From NCBI GenBank assembly GCA_964228485.1, contig CAXRAF010000083.1:1-38170 (forward strand): a DNA stretch of 38,170 bases. The letters are read 5' to 3'. The stretch comes from Alteromonadales bacterium. Lineage in GTDB: Bacteria; Pseudomonadota; Gammaproteobacteria; Enterobacterales; GCA-2746155. The number at the start of each line of letters is the position of its first letter. Position 1 is the first letter of the stretch. The position numbers were made by a program, and so were the translations under genes. Below are positions 28,967 to 38,170 of the stretch, piece by piece. The notes beneath the pieces are model-generated. The model ran no database searches, had not been told where the DNA came from, and worked only from the letters and a program-made list of their open reading frames with translations.

Positions 28967-29356
28967 ATGTATCGTTTAGTGTATGTAATATGTGCCCTGT
29001 TATTGGCCGGTTGCTCTGAGCCGGAGTCGACTGATGTTGCTCCGGTTCAGCAAGAATCGCAAAAGCCGAAGAATCAGGTTGAAGCAGTTGCTCAACAGCT
29101 TGCCGAGGCAGAGGTTAAAATGATTACAGCAACGGTAAGGTATATTGATCTGGAAGGTGGCTTCTACGGGCTAGTGACAGCTGATGGCGAGCGCTACTTA
29201 CCAACCAACCTCGCTGAGGAATATCAAACAGATGGAACAGTACTGGTTTTTAAAACAAAACCAGTCACTGACCGGGTCAGTATTCAGCAGTGGGGAACCA
29301 TGGTGGAGTTATATCAGGTCAAAGCGAATCTAATTGCTCAGGATAGTGAGCTATAG
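28967..29356 (+). CDS. Small lipoprotein of unknown function, coupled to the protease gene
   Basis: ATG 28967 has GGGAG 5 nt upstream and gives a 129-aa product with the lipobox MYRLVYVICALLLAG|CSEPE. It starts 1 nt after the protease stop. The track ORF start at 28916 lies inside the protease gene and is unlikely. Confidence 0.7.
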   Translation: MYRLVYVICALLLAGCSEPESTDVAPVQQESQKPKNQVEAVAQQLAEAEVKMITATVRYIDLEGGFYGLVTADGERYLPTNLAEEYQTDGTVLVFKTKPVTDRVSIQQWGTMVELYQVKANLIAQDSEL

Positions 29357-29370
29357 AATCAGACAGTGGC

Positions 29371-32190
29371 TTACAGCATGGGTTTTAAAAAGCGACCGGT
29401 ATGAGAGATGGCAATTTCGGTGACATCCTCCGGGGTACCAGCTGCAATGATCTGACCCCCACCGTCACCACCCTCAGGACCTAAATCGATAATCCAGTCT
29501 GCGGTTTTTATGACATCGAGATTGTGTTCAATGACCACCACGGTATTGCCATGATCGCGCAGTCGATGTAGCACGGCCAACAGCTGTTTGACATCGTGAA
29601 AATGCAGACCAGTTGTGGGTTCATCTAAAATATAGAGCGTTTTGCCAGTATCACGTTTAGATAACTCTTTCGATAGTTTCACGCGTTGAGCTTCACCCCC
29701 AGACAGGGTCGTTGCTGATTGCCCAAGCCGGATGTAGGACAGGCCGACATCCATCAGGGTTTGCAGGCGCCGTTTGATAGCTGGAATGGCATCAAAAAAC
29801 TGCCGTGCGTCCTCGACGGTCATTTCGAGTATTTCGTGAATATTTTTACCCTTATACTGGATGTCCAATGTTTCTCGACTGTAGCGCTTACCTTTACACA
29901 CATCGCACTTAACATAGATATCCGGAAGGAAGTGCATTTCTACTTTGATTAAGCCATCACCCTGGCATGTCTCACATCGCCCACCTTTAACATTGAAACT
30001 AAACCGTCCGGGTTTATAGCCTCTCGAGCGAGCCTCTTGAGTGCCAGCGAATAGCTCGCGGATCGGTGTAAATATGCCGGTATATGTCGCTGGATTTGAG
30101 CGGGGTGTGCGTCCGATAGGACTTTGGTCAATATCGACCACCTTATCGAGAAATTGTAAGCCATCGATACTGAGGTGAGGAGCGGCTGTTAATGTCGTCG
30201 CATGGTTTAATTTTGTCGCTGCCAGTGGATACAACGTATCGTTAATCAGTGTCGATTTGCCCGAGCCGGAAACTCCCGTAATACAGGTCATGATCCCAAC
30301 TGGAATTTCCAGAGTTACAGACTTCAGATTATTACCGGTAGCGCCGGTCAGAATTAGCATCAGTTGCGGGTCATATTCTGTGCGCTGTTTAGGCACTTCA
30401 ATGGCCTGCATCCCTGACAGATACTGACCCGTAAGCGAATCTTTATTGGCGATGAGTTGTTCGACCGTTCCCTGAGCCACAATCTCTCCACCGTGTACCC
30501 CAGCGCCCGGGCCTATATCCAGCACATGATCGGCTTTGCGTATGGCATCCTCATCGTGCTCCACAACTAGCACGGTATTGCCCATGTCTCGCAATTTGAT
30601 GAGTGTTTTCAGTAACCGGTCATTATCTCGTTGATGAAGGCCAATGGAGGGCTCATCGAGAATATACATCACACCTACTAAACCGGCACCAATTTGGCTC
30701 GCCAGTCGAATTCGCTGCGCTTCGCCGCCTGAGAGGGTCTCAGCACTGCGCTCCATTGATAAGTAATCGAGTCCAACATTCACTAAGAAACCAAGTCGGG
30801 CGATGATTTCCTTGATGATTTTATCGGCGATTTCGGCACGATAGCCCTCAAGAGAAAGCCCCTCGACCACTTTTAATGCATCGCCAATAGAACGTCTGGT
30901 TAGGCTTGGTAGGTCATGTTCATCGACAAACACATGGCGTGCATCACGACACAGCCTGGTGCCATCACAGGATGGGCAACTGGTAGTCACCAGATACTTC
31001 GCTAATTCTTCACGGACAGCAATCGACTCGGTCTCCTTAAAACGTCGCTCCATGTTGGGTATCACACCTTCAAATGGATGACGGCGATTGACTTTATCAC
31101 CGCGATCATTGACGTAAGTAAAGGTAATTGCTTCGCGTCTACTGCCATACAAGATGATTTTTTGAATGTTCTCAGGCAGGTCTTCAAATGCTGTATCAAT
31201 GTCGAAGTCATAATGCATGGCAAGTGAATTAAGCATCTGAAAATAATAGATATTTCTGCGATCCCAACCACGGATAGCTCCACCTGATATGGGTAGCTCA
31301 GAGTTGGTGATGACCCGCCCAGGCGCAAAAGTCTGATGAATTCCAAGGCCATCACAGGTACTGCAGGCTCCGGCTGGATTATTGAATGAAAAAAGCTTTG
31401 GTTCTAATTCGGCGATGCTATGACCACAGACAGGACAGGCAAATCGTGCCGAAAAAAGCATGTCAGGTTGATCACCATCCATAAAGGCAACCTTTGCCAG
31501 ACCGTCACCTAAATCAGTCGCGGTCTCAAATGATTCTGCCAGCCTCTGCTTGATATCGTTACGAATTTTCAATCGGTCGACAACCACATCTATGGTATGT
31601 TTTTTCTTTGGATCGAGGGTCGGCATCTCGGCCAGATCGACCACAAAGCCATCCACTCGGGCGCGAATGAAGCCCTGTGCTTGTAGCTCATTAACTAGTT
31701 GCAAATGTTCACCCTTACGCTCCTTGATCACTGGAGCGAGGACCATCACTTTGGTCTCTGGTTGCAAGGCTAAAATCTGATCGACCATTTGGCTGATACT
31801 TTGCGCTTCCAATGGCTCATTGTGGTCGGGACAACGCGGAATACCGGCACGAGCAAATAGCAGACGCAGGTAGTCATAAACTTCGGTGATCGTACCTACA
31901 GTTGAACGTGGGTTGTGTGAGGTCGATTTTTGTTCAATGGAGATTGCCGGTGATAACCCTTCAATATGGTCGTAGTCCGGCTTTTCCATTAAAGACAAGA
32001 ATTGTCGGGCATAAGCCGATAATGATTCGACATAACGACGTTGTCCTTCGGCGTAGAGGGTATCAAAAGCCAATGAGGATTTACCCGAGCCTGATAGTCC
32101 AGTAATGACAATAAATTGGTCGCGGGGAAGGCTGACATCTATGTTTTTCAGGTTGTGGGTTCTTGCCCCACGAATTTCGATTTTTTCCAT
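29371..32190 (-). CDS. uvrA: Excinuclease ABC subunit A
   Basis: 939-aa [67 protein letters not shown]. It has two ABC ATPase modules and zinc-finger cysteines (CPVCGH...CSTCDG and CETCQGDG...CDVCKG). Confidence 0.97.
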   Translation of the reverse strand: MEKIEIRGARTHNLKNIDVSLPRDQFIVITGLSGSGKSSLAFDTLYAEGQRRYVESLSAYARQFLSLMEKPDYDHIEGLSPAISIEQKSTSHNPRSTVGTITEVYDYLRLLFARAGIPRCPDHNEPLEAQSISQMVDQILALQPETKVMVLAPVIKERKGEHLQLVNELQAQGFIRARVDGFVVDLAEMPTLDPKKKHTIDVVVDRLKIRNDIKQRLAESFETATDLGDGLAKVAFMDGDQPDMLFSARFACPVCGHSIAELEPKLFSFNNPAGACSTCDGLGIHQTFAPGRVITNSELPISGGAIRGWDRRNIYYFQMLNSLAMHYDFDIDTAFEDLPENIQKIILYGSRREAITFTYVNDRGDKVNRRHPFEGVIPNMERRFKETESIAVREELAKYLVTTSCPSCDGTRLCRDARHVFVDEHDLPSLTRRSIGDALKVVEGLSLEGYRAEIADKIIKEIIARLGFLVNVGLDYLSMERSAETLSGGEAQRIRLASQIGAGLVGVMYILDEPSIGLHQRDNDRLLKTLIKLRDMGNTVLVVEHDEDAIRKADHVLDIGPGAGVHGGEIVAQGTVEQLIANKDSLTGQYLSGMQAIEVPKQRTEYDPQLMLILTGATGNNLKSVTLEIPVGIMTCITGVSGSGKSTLINDTLYPLAATKLNHATTLTAAPHLSIDGLQFLDKVVDIDQSPIGRTPRSNPATYTGIFTPIRELFAGTQEARSRGYKPGRFSFNVKGGRCETCQGDGLIKVEMHFLPDIYVKCDVCKGKRYSRETLDIQYKGKNIHEILEMTVEDARQFFDAIPAIKRRLQTLMDVGLSYIRLGQSATTLSGGEAQRVKLSKELSKRDTGKTLYILDEPTTGLHFHDVKQLLAVLHRLRDHGNTVVVIEHNLDVIKTADWIIDLGPEGGDGGGQIIAAGTPEDVTEIAISHTGRFLKPML

Positions 32191-32294
32191 CTTAAGAACT
32201 ATTTGACTGGGCGCTAATTAATTACACTATTTCTGGGCAAAACTGATAGTATAACGCCTCCTCGAGAGGACCGGTAATAGAAACTCTTTTTACG

Positions 32295-33482
32295 ATGAAA
32301 TTAACCCAACTGGAGCAACGAGCAGCAATAACAATCGCTGGCATTTATGGTCTGCGAATGCTGGGTTTGTTTTTGGTATTGCCGGTGCTGGTTGTCTATG
32401 CCCAAGGATTACCAGACTATAGTGTCATATTGGCCGGACTCGCGGTTGGTATCTACGGTCTTGGTCAGGCCTTCCTGCAGATACCTCTGGGTTATTTATC
32501 AGACCGATTTGGTCGCAAGCCAATCATCATCGCCGGGCTATTAATTTTTGCTTTAGGTAGTTACATAGCCGCTGAAAGTACCACTTTAACAATGCTGGTT
32601 ATAGGTCGTGCGATTCAGGGGGCCGGTGCCATTGCCAGTACCTTAATGGCGTTTGTCTCAGATTTAAGCAGACCAGAGGTGCGCTCAAAATTAATGGCAG
32701 GGATTGGTGCAACAATCGGTTTTGCCTTTGTTCTATCCCTGATCCTCGGGCCATGGCTGACAGTGCATATCGGCGTTAGTGGGTTATTTTATTTCACCGC
32801 TGTGTTATCAATCGCAGCGATTGCTGTGGTGATTTGGTTAGTACCTGAAGAGCAACAAACTCATATCGACAACTCCCATGTGTTACCGGTAACAGCACAA
32901 ATGAAATCGGTATTTGCTAATCAGCAATTGCAGTTGATGAATGCCAGTATTTTTGCACTCCATTTGCTGTTAACTGCCATGTTTGTGGTTATTCCACTGA
33001 AGTTACTTAGCAACGGCTTACCACTGGAAGATCACTCAATTACTTATCTAATGGTGATGGTGGCCAGCTTCCTGCTGATGTTGCCCATGATGATTTGGAC
33101 TGAGAAGAAGCGACAACATGTGACGGCCATTTCACTGGCGTTATTCATGCTGGTTGTTGCCACGTTATTGCTGTCTGTGCAGCCATCACTGATGGTGATA
33201 TTGGTTTGTCTGGGACTATTCTTTTTTGCCTTCAATTTTTTGGAAGCCATGATCCCCTCAATCGTGTCCCGCCTGTGTGCAGCAAAACAGCGCGGTACGG
33301 CCATGGGATTTTACTCCACTAGCCAATTTTCCGGGGCATTTCTGGGTGGTTTACTCGCCGGCTACTGTCTGCAGGCACTTGATGAACAGATCTTGTTTTG
33401 GATTCTGTGTTTGATTTGCCTTATCTGGTTCACAGCGATCAGAATCTGGTTACAACCAGTCGCAGAAAAAACTGACACATAA
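32295..33482 (+). CDS. MFS transporter (YajR-like)
   Basis: 395-aa polytopic ORF. GLRMLGLFLVLPVLVVY...GIYGLGQAFLQIPLGYLSDRFGRKPIIIAGLLIFALGS closely parallels the E. coli YajR N-terminus and the MFS motif A. An MFS gene also sits between uvrA and ssb in Pseudomonas. Confidence 0.85.
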   Translation: MKLTQLEQRAAITIAGIYGLRMLGLFLVLPVLVVYAQGLPDYSVILAGLAVGIYGLGQAFLQIPLGYLSDRFGRKPIIIAGLLIFALGSYIAAESTTLTMLVIGRAIQGAGAIASTLMAFVSDLSRPEVRSKLMAGIGATIGFAFVLSLILGPWLTVHIGVSGLFYFTAVLSIAAIAVVIWLVPEEQQTHIDNSHVLPVTAQMKSVFANQQLQLMNASIFALHLLLTAMFVVIPLKLLSNGLPLEDHSITYLMVMVASFLLMLPMMIWTEKKRQHVTAISLALFMLVVATLLLSVQPSLMVILVCLGLFFFAFNFLEAMIPSIVSRLCAAKQRGTAMGFYSTSQFSGAFLGGLLAGYCLQALDEQILFWILCLICLIWFTAIRIWLQPVAEKTDT

Positions 33483-33563
33483 AACAGTAAAAAGCCCTAC
33501 CATTCAGCCCTGAGAGTGGTATCCTATGACGTCTAAAATAATTCATATAAAGAGGATTTCTAC

Positions 33564-34055
33564 ATGGCGCGTAGTGGCATAAATAAGGTAATTTTGGTCG
33601 GTAATTTAGGACAGGATCCTGAAGTTAAGTATATGCCTAATGGTGATGCCGTGGTGAATATCTCTATCGCGACCAGTGAAACCTGGCAGGATAAAGCCAG
33701 CGGTGAGAATCGTGAAAAAACCGAATGGCATCGTGTTGTGATGTTCCGTCGTCTGGGTGAAATTGCCGGTGAATATCTGAAGAAGGGCTCAAAAGTCTAT
33801 ATCGAAGGTAAGCTCCAGACACGCAAGTGGCAGGCTCAAGATGGCTCAGATCGCTATACCACAGAGGTGGTCGCGAATGACATGCAGATGCTCGACTCTC
33901 GCGGACAAGGTGGCATGGGTGGTGACGCAGCCTCAGCGGGCGCTGCTGCAGGTGGATTCTCTGCTCCTCAAAGCGCTCCTCAGACTGCGGCTCCTGCAAA
34001 TCAGCCAGCAACACCATCGACCAATGATGTCTTTGATGACGACATCCCATTTTAA
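33564..34055 (+). CDS. ssb: Single-stranded DNA-binding protein
   Basis: 163-aa [44 protein letters not shown], has the OB fold, a Gly/Ala/Pro-rich linker and the canonical acidic tip DDDIPF. AGAGGA SD upstream. Confidence 0.96.
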   Translation: MARSGINKVILVGNLGQDPEVKYMPNGDAVVNISIATSETWQDKASGENREKTEWHRVVMFRRLGEIAGEYLKKGSKVYIEGKLQTRKWQAQDGSDRYTTEVVANDMQMLDSRGQGGMGGDAASAGAAAGGFSAPQSAPQTAAPANQPATPSTNDVFDDDIPF

Positions 34056-34063
34056 GTCTAAGT

Positions 34064-34090
34064 AGCCAGATTATTCGATTTAATCTGGCT
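34064..34090 (+). terminator. Perfect 10-bp hairpin downstream of ssb
   Basis: AGCCAGATTA-ttcgatt-TAATCTGGCT lies 9 nt after the ssb stop. No clear U-run follows. Confidence 0.45.
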
Positions 34091-34193
34091 TAAAGTACCT
34101 TCATATAATTTTACATTCTAAATTCTAGAACCTTAGGTGAATTGCGCGTATTCAGCTATACTTCATCTGTTTTACTTTTCAGTGGTTATTGTC

Positions 34194-35243
34194 ATGCGTT
34201 TGTTAAGCCTTTTACTCAGTGTTTTGCTGTCTGTCTCTGTGATGGCACAGGGCTTTCCTGCGAACGTCAATGTCACGACTGTGATCACCACTCAATTACG
34301 TCCAACTGCCTGGGTCTCTGGCGAAGTAGTCAGTCCGAACAACTCGACAATTGCTGCTGAAGTAAATGGCCGGGTCGTAGCGTTAGCCGAGCTCGGCACA
34401 GCTGTTAATCAGGGTGAGATTGTCGCTCGCATTGACGACTCACGACTTTCTCTGCGCGCTAAAGAAGCAGAAGCCTCCATTGCCAGCAGTCGCGCACGGT
34501 ATGAATTCTTAGCTTCAGAAGTTACTCGAATCAAAGCTCTGGAAAAACGTAATTTATCAGCCAAAACTGAGCTTGACCGAACCATCAGTGAGCGTGATTC
34601 AGCCAAGAGTGATGTTGCAGAGGCTGAGTCTCGATTAGCACAAATTAAACAAGACATAGAGTTCGCAAGCATTCGTGCACCATTTGATGGTTTGATCACA
34701 CATCGACTGAGTAACGTGGGAGAATTTGTTCAGGTCGGGGCTGGCGTTATTCGCATGGTTGAAACCTCTAACACTGAAGCGAGTATCTTCGTGCCCATTA
34801 CTTCTTATCCATTTATTAAACAAGGTGAGTCACTCGCGATCGATTCAGCATTGGGTCGAGACGAAGCTAAAGTAAAGTCACTCATTCCGGTGGCAGAAAC
34901 TCGCAGTCACCTCATGGAAATCAGACTGGATATGAGTTCGCTAAGTTGGCCCATTGGCTTAAAAATACGCGCTGCGGTTCCCAATGCCGAGGCCAAGCAG
35001 GTCGTAGCACTTCCCCGTGATGCTCTGGTACTCCGACGTGACGGTGTTTCGGTATTTCTGGTCAGAGACAACAAGGCTGTACAAGTACCTGTTCAAGTGG
35101 GTATTGGTCAAGGCGATCTCGTTGAAGTGATTGGCGATGTTCAACCGGGCGACCAAGTCATTATTCGCGGCGCAGAGCGGTTGTTCCCAGGACAAGAGGT
35201 CAATATCAAAGAGTCTAATAGTCACTTAGTATCGGATAAGTAA
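34194..35243 (+). CDS. Efflux RND transporter periplasmic adaptor subunit (membrane fusion protein)
   Basis: Starting at ATG 34194 gives the signal or anchor MRLLSLLLSVLLSVSVMAQG. The protein has a lipoyl/hairpin/beta-barrel MFP layout (VSGEVVSPNNSTIAAEVNGRV..., a coiled-coil region, then IRAPFDGLITHRLSNVGEFV). The track start at GTG 34137 is less likely. Confidence 0.85.
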   Translation: MRLLSLLLSVLLSVSVMAQGFPANVNVTTVITTQLRPTAWVSGEVVSPNNSTIAAEVNGRVVALAELGTAVNQGEIVARIDDSRLSLRAKEAEASIASSRARYEFLASEVTRIKALEKRNLSAKTELDRTISERDSAKSDVAEAESRLAQIKQDIEFASIRAPFDGLITHRLSNVGEFVQVGAGVIRMVETSNTEASIFVPITSYPFIKQGESLAIDSALGRDEAKVKSLIPVAETRSHLMEIRLDMSSLSWPIGLKIRAAVPNAEAKQVVALPRDALVLRRDGVSVFLVRDNKAVQVPVQVGIGQGDLVEVIGDVQPGDQVIIRGAERLFPGQEVNIKESNSHLVSDK

Positions 35244-35248
35244 TTACC

Positions 35249-38170
35249 ATGGGTATTACACAGAGTGCACTGAGAAATCCTACAGCGGTCATTGTGGCCA
35301 TCCTGTTGGCGATGTTGTTTGGTATTATCAGTATCACACAGTTGCCCATTCAATTAACGCCCGATATCTCACAGCCTGAAATTACCATTCAAACCAACTG
35401 GCGTGGTGCAGCACCTGAAGAAATTGAGTCTGAGATTATTGAACGGCAAGAGGATGTCCTAAAGGGTTTGCAGGGCGTGACCTATATGGAGTCGTCATCG
35501 AATTTCAGCAATGGCAACATTACTCTCTACTACAAGACTGGAGCAAACCTAAACCGTGCTTTGATTGATGTCATGAATGCGCTTAATCAAGTGCCATTCT
35601 ATCCCCCAGATGCTACCGAGCCGGTCATCACTGTAGGTGGTGATAAAGTATTCAATGCCATTGGTTGGTTTGCACTGAAAACCAAACCTGGAAATGAGCG
35701 TGAAGTTGCGACGTATTATGATTATGTCGAAGAGGTGGTTCAGGCACGAATTGAACGTGTATCCGGCGTCGCCCGTGCGAATGTATTTGGTGGTATCCGT
35801 TCTGAGTTGCGGGTGACTTTTGATCCATACAAGGTCGCCGCCTTGGGTTTAAATATCCCCGAACTTGCTGGTCGTCTGGCCGGAAATACCGATACCTCAG
35901 GCGGATTTAATGATGTTGGCCGACGTAAATATACCTTACGCTATTCAGGCAAATACGGTGCCGGACAATTAGCACAAATGGTATTGGAATGGCGCGATGG
36001 GCAACCTGTGTATTTATCAGATGTTGCTACCGTCAGTCAGACCTATGAGGATAGAACCGGCATTCTGACGCTTGACGCAGAGCCTGCTATTGCGCTGGGT
36101 ATCACCGCCGAAACAGGCGTTAATGTGATTGAGGTAATGGCTGAGTTAAAGGCGGCTGTGAAAGAGTTAAATGAAGGGCCATTAGTACGCGAAAATTTGC
36201 AGATCATTCAGATGTATGATGAATCAGTTTACATCAATGATTCCATGAGTTTAGTGCGTAACAACCTGCTGTTGGGAATGATTTTGGCTATCAGTGTATT
36301 GTGGTTCTTCTTACGTAAATTCCGTGCCACCTTGATTGTAGCAGTAGCAATACCGATTTCGATCATCGTTACCCTGATTGTCATGAACATGCTGGGTCGA
36401 AGCCTGAATATTATTTCCATGGCTGGACTCGCCTTTGCTGTGGGTATGGTGCTTGATGCCGCCATAGTAGTGCTAGAGAACATTGTCAGACTGCGAGAGA
36501 AGGGCGAATCAACAGAGCAGTCGGCACTCATGGGGGCAGGGCAAGTATGGGGTGCATTACTGGCATCGACCGCTACTACGGTTTCTATCTTTCTGCCGAT
36601 CGCTTTTCTGGAAGCTGTCTCTGGTCAGTTATTCGCCGATCTGGCTATTACCATTTCCACCGCTGTTGTTATCTCATTGATTATTGCGATAGCAGTTATT
36701 CCAACGGCAGCGAGAAACTTGCTGGCACAGGTTAAAGAAGAAGATCCTCATAAGGGGTGGTGGCAGTCAATCACCAAGGGGATCATGACCATCACTTCGA
36801 CCCCAGCGCGACGGGCATCATGGGTTGCTGGTCTAATGGCTTTTTCAATTATCGGTAGTTGGGCTATCTTCCCAGCAGTGGATTACCTACCTAAAGGTAA
36901 TCAGAATCAGTTTGGCGCTTTCATATTACCGCCACCTGGACAGAGTTATCTGGCTGCCAGATTGGAAATGTCCGATACCGTCAATAGCCGACTTAAACCC
37001 TATCTGACGGGTGAGAAGCAACCACAAATAGCCCATACCTGGATGGGTTTCTTTGGTAATTTTGGTTTCATGGGTGGCCGCGGTGTTCATCCCGAGGAGA
37101 TTCAGGATATCTTGGGGGTTGTTAATGGCGTATTACTCTCAGGCTTCCCAGATACCATTGCCTTCGCTGCACAATCGCCGATTTTTGATGGTTTGGGTGG
37201 TAGTCGTCAGATTAATGTCGATATTCAGGGCAATGATGTCGATAATCTGTTGACCGCAGCTCAGGTAGGTTTTGACTCGATATCACAAGCTTTGGAAGGG
37301 GCTCAGATTCAGCCGACACCGGGATTGACGCTAGCAGAGCCTGAGTTACGTATGGTACCTAATGAGCGAGCGATTGCTGAGGCGGGTTGGACCCGACAGC
37401 AGGTCGCTTCACTATCTCAGGCCATGGGTACTGGATTATACATTGGCGACTATTTTAACGGTCAGCGTCGCTTGAATGTGCTGTTGCGAAGTACTAATTG
37501 GGATGCGCCTGAAGATTTAGCGGCCATTCCTTTATTTACACCCGATGCTGGCGTGCAACCGTTCGGTAAATTGGTCGATCTGAAGCGGACTGCTGGTCCT
37601 AGTTCAATCCGCCGAGTCAATCGTCAAAGGACCATTACTTTGCAAGTAACACCACCCGATAATGTTAGTCTTGATGAGGCGATATCAGTGATCAAGGAGC
37701 AGTCTGAGTCCATGATTCTCTCAACCCTGTCTGAGAGTGGACGAATTGAATATCGCGGTAGTGCTGAGGCGCTAACAGAGGCGATCAAAAACATGAGTAA
37801 GAGCTTCATCCTGGCAATCATTATCCTGTATTTACTCATGTCTGCATTGTTCCGTTCATTCAAGGATTCATTACTCGTATTGTTGACCATCCCGCTTGCA
37901 ACAATCGGTGGCTTGTTATTGCTGCGTATTACGGATCTAGTCATTTTCCAGCCGTTAGATCTGTTAACCATGATTGGTTTTGTGATACTGCTCGGACTGG
38001 TCGTTAACAATGCGATTTTGCTGGTCTATCAAACCAGAAACGGCGAGCGGGATGGACTTAATCGACGTGATGCCGTCGAGGCTGCTATTCGCGTGAGAAT
38101 TCGTCCAATCCTGATGAGTACACTGACGAGCCTGTGTGGTATGCTGCCGTTATTACTCGTGCCCGGCGCT
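35249..38170 (+). CDS. RND efflux permease (AcrB/AcrD/AcrF superfamily), 3' end outside window
   Basis: Frame 2 is open from ATG 35249 to the window end (974 codons). It is absent from the ORF track because no stop codon is reached. It translates MGITQSALRNPTAVIVAILLAMLFGIISITQLPIQLTPDISQPEITIQTNWRGAAPEEIE... and later GLAFAVGMVLDAAIVVLENI, both classic RND motifs. It starts 5 nt after the adaptor stop. Confidence 0.9.
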   Translation, partial: MGITQSALRNPTAVIVAILLAMLFGIISITQLPIQLTPDISQPEITIQTNWRGAAPEEIESEIIERQEDVLKGLQGVTYMESSSNFSNGNITLYYKTGANLNRALIDVMNALNQVPFYPPDATEPVITVGGDKVFNAIGWFALKTKPGNEREVATYYDYVEEVVQARIERVSGVARANVFGGIRSELRVTFDPYKVAALGLNIPELAGRLAGNTDTSGGFNDVGRRKYTLRYSGKYGAGQLAQMVLEWRDGQPVYLSDVATVSQTYEDRTGILTLDAEPAIALGITAETGVNVIEVMAELKAAVKELNEGPLVRENLQIIQMYDESVYINDSMSLVRNNLLLGMILAISVLWFFLRKFRATLIVAVAIPISIIVTLIVMNMLGRSLNIISMAGLAFAVGMVLDAAIVVLENIVRLREKGESTEQSALMGAGQVWGALLASTATTVSIFLPIAFLEAVSGQLFADLAITISTAVVISLIIAIAVIPTAARNLLAQVKEEDPHKGWWQSITKGIMTITSTPARRASWVAGLMAFSIIGSWAIFPAVDYLPKGNQNQFGAFILPPPGQSYLAARLEMSDTVNSRLKPYLTGEKQPQIAHTWMGFFGNFGFMGGRGVHPEEIQDILGVVNGVLLSGFPDTIAFAAQSPIFDGLGGSRQINVDIQGNDVDNLLTAAQVGFDSISQALEGAQIQPTPGLTLAEPELRMVPNERAIAEAGWTRQQVASLSQAMGTGLYIGDYFNGQRRLNVLLRSTNWDAPEDLAAIPLFTPDAGVQPFGKLVDLKRTAGPSSIRRVNRQRTITLQVTPPDNVSLDEAISVIKEQSESMILSTLSESGRIEYRGSAEALTEAIKNMSKSFILAIIILYLLMSALFRSFKDSLLVLLTIPLATIGGLLLLRITDLVIFQPLDLLTMIGFVILLGLVVNNAILLVYQTRNGERDGLNRRDAVEAAIRVRIRPILMSTLTSLCGMLPLLLVPGA

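Noticed and set aside
29357-29370. 14-bp gap between the convergent lipoprotein and uvrA stops as a possible bidirectional terminator
   Set aside because: Only a 5-bp stem (GCTCA...TGAGC), lying inside the lipoprotein coding end, was found. There is no convincing hairpin or U-run.
32191-32294. Search for a LexA/SOS box (CTGT-N8-ACAG) in the uvrA-MFS divergent region and upstream of ssb (33483-33563)
   Set aside because: No CTG-N10-CAG match was seen on either strand. The uvrA / MFS / ssb order also occurs in Pseudomonas, where to my knowledge uvrA is not part of the core LexA regulon. The absence is therefore not clearly anomalous.
1-38170. Mobile elements, CRISPR arrays, tRNA/rRNA genes, or defence, toxin-antitoxin or prophage modules
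   Set aside because: I saw no repeat-spacer periodicity, no transposase-, integrase- or phage-like ORFs, no cloverleaf-like tRNA sequences in the intergenic regions, and no long terminal inverted or direct repeats. All intergenic spacers are at most 385 bp.

Overview
This window looks like chromosomal backbone from a Gammaproteobacterium. A marine Oceanospirillales-, Alteromonadales- or Pseudomonas-like lineage is only a guess from protein motifs and synteny, and GC content was not computed.

- **nt 1-9683:** the 3' part of the S10 operon plus the complete spc and alpha ribosomal operons (rpsC' to rplQ, including secY and rpoA). The cluster ends in a textbook rho-independent terminator. rpmJ (L36) is absent from its usual secY-rpsM slot.
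- **nt 9744-10853:** an MDR-family oxidoreductase.
- **nt 10982-14396:** a tightly coupled three-gene module. It encodes an outer-membrane beta-barrel with a His/Met-rich loop, a 143-aa single-lobe periplasmic-binding-protein-like protein, and a hybrid histidine kinase.
- **nt 14782-23736:** a glycogen/maltodextrin operon, glgP-glgB-glgX-malQ.
- **nt 23989-29356:** a ~1658-aa secreted subtilisin-family (S8) mega-protease with a GlyGly-CTERM-like sorting tail, followed 1 nt later by a small lipoprotein gene.
- **nt 29371-34055:** uvrA on the minus strand, a YajR-like MFS transporter, and ssb.
- **nt 34194-38170:** an RND efflux pair, with the adaptor complete and the permease truncated by the window end.

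I found no tRNA or rRNA genes, CRISPR arrays, IS elements, integrases or recognisable defence genes. Most of the window is ordinary.

The two loci that most deserve a second look are the OMP / PBP-like / hybrid-kinase module, which is the best candidate for an uncharacterised envelope-spanning sensory system, and the mega-protease with its coupled lipoprotein. All functional calls come from reading the translated ORFs and recognising motifs. No database search was run.
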